Origin: a virus
Taxonomy: Duplodnaviria > Caudoviricetes
Direction: 5' to 3' (one strand)
DNA: 64,000 nt
Virus record (IMG/VR): IMGVR_UViG_3300033074_001348
Coordinates: 1-64,000 of that record
Shown here: piece by piece, positions 39,669 through 47,171 of the stretch
Layout: each line of letters begins with the position of its first letter
Position numbering within the stretch: the first letter of the stretch is position 1
Made by a program: the position numbers and the translations under genes
The notes under the pieces: model-generated
Told to the model about the DNA's origin: nothing
The model's database searches: none
The model's input: only the letters and a program-made list of their open reading frames with translations

Positions 39669-40169
39669 CTAAAATGGCAATCCATCGGACGGACTTTTAT
39701 TGTCATCATAATTTATTTTAGGCAACCTATCAGGGTTATCAAAAATATTTCCATCTACCTGCATATCACTACCGAAATAATCAATCATTGGAACTAAACT
39801 GCTATGGTTTTTGTAGTAAGAATTATCAATGCACCAACATCCAGTATCTTTATTGTAAACAACAGGATAATAACCAACAATTTTATTTCCTTCTTCGTCC
39901 GTTTCTTCATCTCTTAAAAAATCGCCTTCATAAATTAAGTTGCCAGCCCTATCTGAAACCATTGTGCAAATTGATATTCCAGTAGTATAGCTATCTACTA
40001 AAATATGGTCGCCAGTTCCAAGTTCTTCATTATCTCTTACTATGAAGTTTTGGTTTACGCCTCTATCGCAATTATTGTATAAGTCGCCAAAAACCCATAA
40101 TCCGTTTGACTTTGCTCTGTAATGTGTATTTATCATTTGTTTAAATTTAATCATTTTAACAAGGCACAT
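39669..40169 (-). CDS. YopX family protein (cassette 3)
   Basis: WVFGDL, DRAGNLIYEGD, VDGNIFDNPDRL. Confidence 0.75.
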   Translation of the reverse strand: MCLVKMIKFKQMINTHYRAKSNGLWVFGDLYNNCDRGVNQNFIVRDNEELGTGDHILVDSYTTGISICTMVSDRAGNLIYEGDFLRDEETDEEGNKIVGYYPVVYNKDTGCWCIDNSYYKNHSSLVPMIDYFGSDMQVDGNIFDNPDRLPKINYDDNKSPSDGLPF

Positions 40170-40171
40170 AC

Positions 40172-40302
40172 CGCTAACATAGTGTTGCCAAAATGGGGGC
40201 AGAAGTGCATTTAATGAACATTTGTACTGTGTTCAGCAGTAGTGCTTTTAATGGGTTTTTGTGCTATAAATCCCCCACTTCGGCAACACTCGACCGTTAT
40301 GA
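40172..40302 (+). repeat. attC-like site E3
   Basis: CGCTAAC-AT-AGTGTTGCCAAAATGGGGG / CCCCCACTTCGGCAACACT-CGACC-GTTATGA. Confidence 0.85.
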
Positions 40303-40515
40303 GAAATGCTCAGACTGAACTTCCTCAATCAAGTAAAACTTCTCCCACATACTTTTTGCCCACTCTTCGGCTTGGTGTCTATGTTGAAACACCGCTATAA
40401 TTTTATTACTCCCAATATCCAAACGTTCTGCATCTGGAATGACTGCAAAAGCACTTCTCATAACAGCCGTTTGCTGCAATGGCGGGTTCTGTGGTAAATT
40501 TGATGTTTCTTGCAT
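40297..40515 (-). CDS. hypothetical protein (cassette 4)
   Basis: Stop TAA is the TTA of the GTTA core; starts in the E4 loop, alternative ATG at 40461. Confidence 0.6.
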   Translation of the reverse strand: MQETSNLPQNPPLQQTAVMRSAFAVIPDAERLDIGSNKIIAVFQHRHQAEEWAKSMWEKFYLIEEVQSEHFS

Positions 40516-40589
40516 TTTATTAAATTTTGTGGTTAAACGAAAGTCAGTGCTTGTAATCCGCCACTGGCAGCAATGCTTTTACGTTATGA
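40458..40589 (+). repeat. attC-like site E4
   Basis: TCATAAC...TTGCTGCAATGGCGG / CCGCCACTGGCAGCAA...GTTATGA. Confidence 0.8.
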
Positions 40590-40620
40590 GAAATTTTAAA
40601 AACCTTTCCCCCGCACCGTT

Positions 40621-41004
40621 CTAATCATCATCTTGCGTTGACAAAGAAAATGTTTCACCATCTTCAATATTCATAATTTTGACACCGCAAGAACCGTATT
40701 CAGCAATCCACATTGGGGTATTTTCATCCATATAAAAATCACCGCCTTTGTATCCCGTAAAAGTTTGTCCTAAACATTCATTTTTTAGTTGTTCAACCAA
40801 ACTTGCAACGGTTCTTGTTCCGCTTCCTTTTTCAAGTGCTAAATCTGAATAATATCCACGATATGAATGTGGTTCACATACGTTTTCAATTTCTTTGTCT
40901 TGTGGTAGTTTTTCAAGTTCTGAAATAAATCTACCAAGTGTCATTTGTGATAAAGAACGTTCTGCTCTCCATCCTTTGCTTAATTCATTAAATAATTCTT
41001 GCAT
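40621..41004 (-). CDS. hypothetical phage protein (cassette 5)
   Basis: MTLGRFISELEKLP...PHSYRGYYSDLA...GYKGGDF; start set at ATG 41004. Confidence 0.65.
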   Translation of the reverse strand: MQELFNELSKGWRAERSLSQMTLGRFISELEKLPQDKEIENVCEPHSYRGYYSDLALEKGSGTRTVASLVEQLKNECLGQTFTGYKGGDFYMDENTPMWIAEYGSCGVKIMNIEDGETFSLSTQDDD

Positions 41005-41052
41005 AATATTTTGTTTTTTAAATGCCCACCCTAAAAGGTTTTTAAAACTATC

Positions 41053-41146
41053 CCATAACACGGGTTTGGCAAAATGCCGCAGGACAGTTAGTGCTAAATT
41101 TCAAGTTTCAAGTAGCGGCACTTCGCAAAGCCCGAAACCGTTATGT
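41053..41146 (+). repeat. attC-like site E5 (94-bp class)
   Basis: CCATAAC-A-CGGGTTTGGCAAAATGCCGC / GCGGCACTTCGCAAAGCCCG-AAACC-GTTATGT. Confidence 0.85.
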
Positions 41147-41158
41147 GAGATTGCTAAA

Positions 41159-41377
41159 TTATCGTTTATAATAATGTTTTCTAACACCTAAACCTTCTGA
41201 TTTTAAATGCTTAAAATTTAATCTTTCTTTTAAGTTATCAAATTGTCTTGAGGTAATGCTGTGTTTTTTAATATCATTTGAATTTCTTAATTCATAAATA
41301 GTTCTTTTATTATATTGTATCTGTACTAAAACATCATTATCTTCTAATAATTTTTCTAATTCTTTTATTGTCATCAC
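41159..41377 (-). CDS. hypothetical protein (cassette 6)
   Basis: 72 aa, fills the space between E5 and E6. Confidence 0.6.
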   Translation of the reverse strand: MMTIKELEKLLEDNDVLVQIQYNKRTIYELRNSNDIKKHSITSRQFDNLKERLNFKHLKSEGLGVRKHYYKR

Positions 41378-41403
41378 ATTTTGTTTTAAAAACCCACAAC
41401 CTC

Positions 41404-41536
41404 ACATAACAAGTGTTTGGCAAAAAAGCGGGTTCGGTTATTAATTTAATGTTTGTTTTATATTTGAATGTTTAGTAATTAATCGGAAATTCCGTTTTTT
41501 CTTTCCGCTTCTTCGCCAAGCACTCGGACGTTACCT
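41404..41536 (+). repeat. attC-like site E6
   Basis: ACATAAC-A-AGTGTTTGGCAAAAAAGCGG / CCGCTTCTTCGCCAAGCACT-CGGAC-GTTACCT. Confidence 0.85.
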
Positions 41537-41908
41537 GCTACCTTTCAGACGCTCAATTTCGGAAAGCAGACTATCAACGATTAACAGGCTTTTTTCAACC
41601 CACTCAACAGGCACATCGTCCTCTAAAAATTTCTTATGGGTTTCAGTATAGTGGTCGTGGCTAATTAAACCAAGTGAACAAACCAGCCCTTTGCTATCAG
41701 GTGCAGTTAATGCCCAATGCTTCAAACTAAATTCCCTGCCAGTTCTTGAATTGACATAGGGCAATTCATAGCATTTATGCCACTTCCAACTATCAGGTAA
41801 TTGATTTCTGAGTTTCATAATTTCCTCTACCGATAAGGCAGCAGGTAACACGGGTTTGGCAAAATCGGGGCTTCCGGCTTCATTTGAAATTATTTCTTTC
41901 TCTTTCAT
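41531..41908 (-). CDS. hypothetical protein (cassette 7)
   Basis: Stop in the GTTA core; N-terminus ...DFAKPVLP read through the left arm of half-site E7. Confidence 0.6.
   Translation of the reverse strand: MKEKEIISNEAGSPDFAKPVLPAALSVEEIMKLRNQLPDSWKWHKCYELPYVNSRTGREFSLKHWALTAPDSKGLVCSLGLISHDHYTETHKKFLEDDVPVEWVEKSLLIVDSLLSEIERLKGSR
41843..41908 (+). repeat. truncated attC-like half site E7
   Basis: Left arm TAACACGGGTTTGGCAAAAT identical to E2/E5; no right arm found. Confidence 0.7.
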
Positions 41909-41919
41909 TGGTGAGGTTA

Positions 41920-42156
41920 TTATCTTGAATGATACGGCGACATATAAGGATATTTGTAAGTTATATAAGTATTAAAATCACAAGGCATGACACCAATAAA
42001 CTGCGTAGGTTGAGAATCTTCATACTTACGCCTTTTATCAATAATTGATGCTATTTTTGAATTAACACCCATTAAATCGCCATCGTAAAATCGAACTAAA
42101 ATATAGGGATTAGCAGCACACGCTTTCCTTAATTGACCTACTGTTAAAGTTTTCAT
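41920..42156 (-). CDS. hypothetical protein
   Basis: 78 aa from ATG 42156 (MKTLTVGQLRK). Confidence 0.55.
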   Translation of the reverse strand: MKTLTVGQLRKACAANPYILVRFYDGDLMGVNSKIASIIDKRRKYEDSQPTQFIGVMPCDFNTYITYKYPYMSPYHSR

Positions 42157-42205
42157 CTCATTTATTTTAAACAACCCCAAAGCCAGAACGATGGGGGTGG
42201 GTTAG

Positions 42206-42442
42206 TTAGTAATTTATTACAATTTCAGTTTCGGTAACTTCTTTTATTTTAGGTCGGGCGTTCCTTGCTTCAATTACACAAGGAACTAAAACCATCTCTT
42301 CATACCAAACATCATCGTTTTTATTCATATTAAATCCCTTGTATCTATTGTCAGCACCAAACAAAGTAATATATTTTCCGTCATATTCTAAACGGTAATC
42401 ACCTGCGTAATGCGGTAATATTGGTAGTCTTACTTCTTTCAT
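42206..42442 (-). CDS. hypothetical protein
   Basis: 78 aa from ATG 42442 (MKEVRLP). Confidence 0.55.
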   Translation of the reverse strand: MKEVRLPILPHYAGDYRLEYDGKYITLFGADNRYKGFNMNKNDDVWYEEMVLVPCVIEARNARPKIKEVTETEIVINY

Positions 42443-42495
42443 AATTTTAGTATAAATAACAAACCCCCAAGCCAAAGACAAGAGGGCTTGTCGGG

Positions 42496-42915
42496 TTAGT
42501 CTTCGTTAAAAAAATCTTCTATATTAGGATTGTTATTCCAGTTTTCGATCTTACCGTTTTCATCAATTTTAACAACGATATAATCCCCGTAAGACTCTCG
42601 ATATAAATCCAATATATTGGGAACATAACCGTCTTTTGTAAGAACGGTATTACCTTCTGAATCCAATAAGTGGTAAATCCCATCATCGCAAACTTTGTAA
42701 TGAACATCAGCAGTGACACCTTTCTTCCAATTTGTAATAATTCCAGAATCAATATCAATATTTAATTTCCATCGATCCATTTCTTTGCATGGGATTAAAT
42801 CGCCATGTAAATCATCGACTCCATTAATTGAGCCGTCTTCCCAGTAGCGTACACCTGCATCCACTAACAAGGTTTTAATTTCGACTTCCTTTTCGATTTT
42901 GATTTTTGCTTTCAT
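42496..42915 (-). CDS. conserved hypothetical phage protein
   Basis: 139 aa; VRYWEDGSING...VHYKVCDDG...YVP...YGDYI...IDENGKIENW. Confidence 0.65.
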   Translation of the reverse strand: MKAKIKIEKEVEIKTLLVDAGVRYWEDGSINGVDDLHGDLIPCKEMDRWKLNIDIDSGIITNWKKGVTADVHYKVCDDGIYHLLDSEGNTVLTKDGYVPNILDLYRESYGDYIVVKIDENGKIENWNNNPNIEDFFNED

Positions 42916-43031
42916 AGTAAATGTATAAACAACGAACCCCTCTAAGCCGGGAAGACAGAGAGGGGTTCAGTATGTGAATTAGGCTGATCGCCTGAGATTC
43001 CAATTTGGTGCATCTTCCCGGATTGCAGGGG

Positions 43032-43039
43032 CAAATATA
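43032..43039 (-). promoter_or_regulatory. TAnnTTTG promoter element (leftward)
   Basis: CAAATATA = TATATTTG on the minus strand, back-to-back with a rightward element. Confidence 0.55.
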
Positions 43040-43061
43040 CAAACAATTGTATAAGAAACAA

Positions 43062-43069
43062 TACATTTG
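43062..43069 (+). promoter_or_regulatory. TAnnTTTG promoter element (rightward)
   Basis: TACATTTG upstream of ATG 43084. Confidence 0.55.
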
Positions 43070-43083
43070 TAAAAAAAAATAAC

Positions 43084-44469
43084 ATGAAACTTAAAATCCT
43101 CGCAGCATCCTTTATTATCGGCTTGTCGGTTGTAACTTATAATGCAGTAAACTACGACCCCGTTCCATCCATTATAGAAGCACTCAGGGAAGGCAAGTCC
43201 GTAACGCTCGACTCTGGGGTGGTTTACAATTTTACGGGCTATAAGAACCTCCCAGTAACATCGGAATTTAACTTGAATGGGGCAACTATTAAAGCCGATT
43301 CGATGCTCCAAGCCGAATTTAATGACAACCAATACTTATTTTTATTGGATGGCGGCTACATTCATTCTGGAGCAATTATCGGCGCATCAGGCAAGGTGTA
43401 CAATGCTAAGGCGGGGTATTTTGGGGCTATTCAGGTAATGACGGGTGGTAAAATAAGGTCGGTAAACTTTAAGAATTGCGACAAATGGGCTATTCGGGTC
43501 TTTGGTGATCGATGGTCACATAATGACACAACCTTTATTACATCATGCGTTTTCGATTCAATACCTCGTGACGGATCGGGATATGGTACATGGAATCAGC
43601 ATGGTGTGGTTATAGTCGATTCCTGTAAATTCAATTTCCTGCGTCATGCTTTTGATTGTGGTAGTGAAGGTAACTTAACGGTAATTCAAAACTGCGAGTT
43701 TCGTAATTGCTTTTACATTCCAATTCATCAGCATCGGTATGTAGGTGATTCGGTCGGGGTTGGATTGACGGTGCGTAATTGTAAGTTTTACGATACCTAC
43801 ATGCCCCTTGATATTGGATTGCCGTTTAAAGGCATGAACAGAATTGATAGCAACTATTTTGCCGGCAACTATATTGGTCGCATGGGTCGTGATACGATAC
43901 CCATTGGCACAAACTATATGAACGGTAAAGGCATGATATCTGCTCCTGAAATTATTGGAAGAAATAGCTATAAGGTGGGCGAGAAAATGTCACTAAAGAT
44001 TGACAAGACTGGTTTTTGGAATAACGGTGTAACGAACAGGCAGACGACAACTACATTCAATTATCCAATGGTAAAAGTCTATAGCGTTCACACGGGTGGC
44101 ATTGCTGACACCATGACCGTTATTTGCTCTGATACGGGAATCTATACGTCCATGCGGGTTTTAGCAACCTGCGATATTGAATTTTGGAGTGGCGATAAAG
44201 CGGTTGGAGTGGTGAAAAAAGGAAAGGCGTATGACTATAAATTTTACTACTTCAAGGCGGATGTCAAGATCAAAATTAAAGGCAATCTTATAGGTGTAGA
44301 TCGGGCGACATTCAACGTGGCAGACGGTTATAGGGCGTTACGGGTTCGTACGAATGTCGGGGTGCTGCATCTTGATAATCTATGCTACAACGGATGGTAT
44401 GACACCTATGAGTTTGGACTTAAGACGAAGGTCAAGCAAGTGGGTGAGTGGGTGGAGGTCGGGAAATAA
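43084..44469 (+). CDS. exported right-handed beta-helix protein (polysaccharide lyase-like)
   Basis: N-terminal hydrophobic MKLKILAASFIIGLSVV, beta-helix repeats (ITSCVFD, VDSCKFN, IQNCEFR, VRNCKFY); stop TAA is the first 3 nt of repeat copy 2. Confidence 0.7.
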   Translation: MKLKILAASFIIGLSVVTYNAVNYDPVPSIIEALREGKSVTLDSGVVYNFTGYKNLPVTSEFNLNGATIKADSMLQAEFNDNQYLFLLDGGYIHSGAIIGASGKVYNAKAGYFGAIQVMTGGKIRSVNFKNCDKWAIRVFGDRWSHNDTTFITSCVFDSIPRDGSGYGTWNQHGVVIVDSCKFNFLRHAFDCGSEGNLTVIQNCEFRNCFYIPIHQHRYVGDSVGVGLTVRNCKFYDTYMPLDIGLPFKGMNRIDSNYFAGNYIGRMGRDTIPIGTNYMNGKGMISAPEIIGRNSYKVGEKMSLKIDKTGFWNNGVTNRQTTTTFNYPMVKVYSVHTGGIADTMTVICSDTGIYTSMRVLATCDIEFWSGDKAVGVVKKGKAYDYKFYYFKADVKIKIKGNLIGVDRATFNVADGYRALRVRTNVGVLHLDNLCYNGWYDTYEFGLKTKVKQVGEWVEVGK

Positions 44470-44535
44470 TATCACGAACCTTTAACTGGTTGCAAATAAG
44501 CCTGTTGAAGATAAAGCTTCGTATATCTGATGTTA
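44467..44535 (+). repeat. 69-bp direct repeat copy 2 (attI-like anchor of cassette array 2)
   Basis: Identical to 38058-38126. Confidence 0.9.
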
Positions 44536-44544
44536 GCCGCAAGC

Positions 44545-44793
44545 CTAAGCGACATCGTAACTAATAGTTAGGTTTGACATTGCCTCAATTGTAAAAAGCA
44601 ACTGACCTGCCACATCATAACCATTGTAAACTGTTATCGTAAGGTCGTTATGATACCCTTTGCCGATAGTCTTTTCTTCTTCTTTAATTTCGTGTATCTT
44701 ATCGCCAAATGCAGCATATTGGTACTTGTCGTTTACGGCAAAGTAAGTTGAGCCTTCGCCAGTTCCTTTTTCAATTGATTTTATTCGTTTCAT
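44545..44793 (-). CDS. hypothetical protein (cassette 8)
   Basis: 82 aa; similar to 3438-3653. Confidence 0.6.
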   Translation of the reverse strand: MKRIKSIEKGTGEGSTYFAVNDKYQYAAFGDKIHEIKEEEKTIGKGYHNDLTITVYNGYDVAGQLLFTIEAMSNLTISYDVA

Positions 44794-44821
44794 TTTTATT
44801 TGTGTTGTGAGAAAGGCCAGC

Positions 44822-44915
44822 GGCTAACAGCGGTTTTGCGTCAGGCGGCAGACAGTTGGTGCAAACTTGAAACATCCTATAAGCCGCCCGAACGCAAAGC
44901 CGCAAAACGTTATCG
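44822..44915 (+). repeat. attC-like site E8 (94-bp class)
   Basis: GGCTAAC-A-GCGGTTTTGCGTCAGGCGGC / GCCGCCCGAACGCAAAGCCGC-AAAAC-GTTATCG. Confidence 0.85.
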
Positions 44916-45245
44916 GCTATTTAGAAAATCCCAAAGTTCACCAGCATTTGACATTGGAATATTTTTACCATTATCTGTAACTTTTAAACGATAGTTTTCT
45001 TGTCCAAAATCTAATTCCCAACAGAAATACTCAATCCAACTTTGACCCATTGGACAAAGTGCAGTATCATTCATTGCGACTTGCAAAACTTCTAATAAAG
45101 CATTTTGCAAGTAATGATTTTTAGGTAATAGATTAGCTGTAAAACTTTCGGGAAACGCTTTGCCTAAATTTTCAGAAACAGAAATATCATATTTAATTTG
45201 TTCCTGTATTGCTTCAATTGATTTTATAAAAAGTTGTTTATCCAT
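44910..45245 (-). CDS. hypothetical protein (cassette 9, gene 2)
   Basis: Stop in the GTTA core; WIEYFCWELDFG motif. Confidence 0.65.
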   Translation of the reverse strand: MDKQLFIKSIEAIQEQIKYDISVSENLGKAFPESFTANLLPKNHYLQNALLEVLQVAMNDTALCPMGQSWIEYFCWELDFGQENYRLKVTDNGKNIPMSNAGELWDFLNSR

Positions 45246-45489
45246 TTTTATCTTCTTTTAAGTGGTTATATTGACCAGTAGCGTATTGGTGCAAGTTAGT
45301 TTCGTTGTATAGGCTACAAATACTTGACAATGCTTCTAACTCATCATTATTATTTTCAATCCATTCATCAATACTTTCTTCCTCATCAAAAGCATCTTTA
45401 ACAGCAGCCTTTACACCTTTTCTGACAAAGTTTTTTATTGCTCTTAAATCCGATTTTGTTAATGTTACATTTACATATTCTAATTCCAT
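45238..45489 (-). CDS. hypothetical protein (cassette 9, gene 1)
   Basis: 83 aa, overlaps the next gene's start. Confidence 0.55.
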   Translation of the reverse strand: MELEYVNVTLTKSDLRAIKNFVRKGVKAAVKDAFDEEESIDEWIENNNDELEALSSICSLYNETNLHQYATGQYNHLKEDKNG

Positions 45490-45531
45490 ATTTTGACATT
45501 TTAATTTTAAAGTTTACGACTTAAAAACAGC

Positions 45532-45662
45532 CGATAACAAGGGTTTGAACGCAAGTGGGGCAGATGTGATACTATCAACATCAGTGGTTCATTCATCATT
45601 TGTACTACTATCAACATTAGTGCTACAAATCCCCACCTGCGTCAAGCCCAAAAACGTTAAGT
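45532..45662 (+). repeat. attC-like site E9
   Basis: CGATAAC-AA-GGGTTTGAACGCAAGTGGGG / CCCCACCTGCGTCAAGCCC-AAAAAC-GTTAAGT. Confidence 0.8.
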
Positions 45663-45701
45663 GCAATAAAATTTTTAATAATTATTTTTCCCACCGCACA
45701 G

Positions 45702-45974
45702 TTAAAAGTTAGGAGTGTTAATTTTAAATGGAATATCTACTCCTAATTCCATCAGTCTCGACCTTGCGTCCCTTATTGTTATCTCCGCATCCGTAATTTG
45801 ATTTTTAAGGTTTTCGATTTCTTCTTCGGTTTGTATTTCGTCGGTTTCCATGTCTCCGCATCTTCTACATATCACAGTATCGGGAAACCACTTAACTGAT
45901 TCAGTACCTTCATACAGCTCAAATATTTCACCGCATTTCTGGCACGGTGTAGGCATTTCAAATTCTTTTTTCAT
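45702..45974 (-). CDS. zinc-finger + coiled-coil protein
   Basis: CQKC...CRRC then heptad repeats. Confidence 0.55.
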   Translation of the reverse strand: MKKEFEMPTPCQKCGEIFELYEGTESVKWFPDTVICRRCGDMETDEIQTEEEIENLKNQITDAEITIRDARSRLMELGVDIPFKINTPNF

Positions 45975-45997
45975 CTTCTCAATTTTTAGCTATTAGG

Positions 45998-46246
45998 TTA
46001 TGGTTTAAACCCATCCTGTCTTTCGCCTGTAACCTGAAAGTATTTACTTGGCTCAGACTTCAGCCACAAACAAAGCTTTACGAAGGTTTCCATGTCAAAG
46101 GATTTTCGGTTTTCTATTCTTGAAATGGTCGAGGCTGAAACTCCTGCAATTTTAGCAGCTTCACGGATTGTTGTTTCAAGTTCAATTACCCTTTGAGTTA
46201 TCAGGTCTTTTCGGAATAGGTCGTAGTTAAATTTCAGGTCTTTCAT
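45998..46246 (-). CDS. XRE-family HTH regulator
   Basis: TIREAAKIAGVSASTISRIEN. Confidence 0.8.
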   Translation of the reverse strand: MKDLKFNYDLFRKDLITQRVIELETTIREAAKIAGVSASTISRIENRKSFDMETFVKLCLWLKSEPSKYFQVTGERQDGFKP

Positions 46247-46249
46247 AGG

Positions 46250-46861
46250 TTATGGTTTGGGTTGTAGGGAATCTAACAATTTTTGAACCTTATCAATCCA
46301 ATCTTTACACATTTTAACAGCCCATCCCGGTAAATGCGTTCCTCTTTGAATTTTTAAGTGCTGTTCATGCTGATAAATTAATCCTTTTACAAACACACCT
46401 GATTGCTCTAAATATGATGCACTCGATCTAAAATTATCTACTTTTAAAACAGTGATAAATTCCTCAATTTCAAGTACTGCTTTTTTATAGTTATCAAGCA
46501 CTTCAAATTCCGTTGTACGCTTAATTAATTTTACGGATTCCTCCAAAGCAGATAGTAATGGATTTTCCTGCGAATACAGTTCTAATGGCACATATTCAGG
46601 CTCATCTATTTTTGCGTTCTCCTCCCCGACCATTTTCTTTAAAATCGCAATGCCTTCGGATAGGGGGAGGATGCGGGTGAATAGAGTTAAAGCTAATTTC
46701 TCATCACTCAACCACCAATATCTATTGTAAATGTCGAAGCCCCAAAAACAGTCAGTAATGATGTCGTGATGTCCACTTGCTTTTTTAAACAGAGGAATAA
46801 AAGCTACTAATTCATCTGTTGTACCGCTGCGCATGTCGCAGCAGAATGGTTGTGTTTTCAT
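46250..46861 (-). CDS. hypothetical protein
   Basis: 203-aa ORF in a coupled leftward operon. Confidence 0.5.
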   Translation of the reverse strand: MKTQPFCCDMRSGTTDELVAFIPLFKKASGHHDIITDCFWGFDIYNRYWWLSDEKLALTLFTRILPLSEGIAILKKMVGEENAKIDEPEYVPLELYSQENPLLSALEESVKLIKRTTEFEVLDNYKKAVLEIEEFITVLKVDNFRSSASYLEQSGVFVKGLIYQHEQHLKIQRGTHLPGWAVKMCKDWIDKVQKLLDSLQPKP

Positions 46862-47061
46862 GATTTATAAATTATAAATGTGAATAGGATTAATATTGCA
46901 ACTATACCCATCATCATCAAATTAACTGCGAGGTATCTACTGTATGAACCAAATTTCTGACCAAGCCACTTCCCAAAAGAGAATAGCGGACATGATAATA
47001 TTAAAATGATATATAAAATAAGCAGTAAAGCAAACTCAGCTATCAATAATGGTTGTGTCAT
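46858..47061 (-). CDS. small two-TM membrane protein
   Basis: Two hydrophobic segments in 67 aa. Confidence 0.5.
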   Translation of the reverse strand: MTQPLLIAEFALLLILYIILILSCPLFSFGKWLGQKFGSYSRYLAVNLMMMGIVAILILFTFIIYKS

Positions 47062-47171
47062 AACTTCATTTTTTTATCGTGTGCATAACACCATCCATCC
47101 AACAGTTTCGTCACGCCAAACTCCTGTAAATCCGTATGCCTTTCTACCTTTTGGAACTTTAATTTTCTTGC

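Larger units (their letters stand above)
38123..41908. mobile_element. integron-like gene cassette array 1 (7 cassettes, last site truncated)
   Basis: Six complete AAC...GTT hairpins plus one half site; the ends of each inter-site segment are reverse-complementary. Confidence 0.8.
44532..45662. mobile_element. integron-like gene cassette array 2 (2 cassettes)
   Basis: Sites E8 and E9; cassette ends complementary (12/14 and 13/14 nt). Confidence 0.8.

Noticed and set aside
40621-41061. GTG start at 41061 for the cassette-5 gene
   Set aside because: It lies in the hairpin arm with an in-frame stop upstream in the loop; ATG 41004 has a typical A-rich leader
38058-45662. CRISPR array interpretation of the repeated elements
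   Set aside because: Repeats are 94-134 bp, divergent and separated by whole genes; no cas genes
45663-45997. A tenth cassette after E9
   Set aside because: No sequence complementary to GTTAAGTGCAAT and no further hairpin found after the 45702-45974 gene
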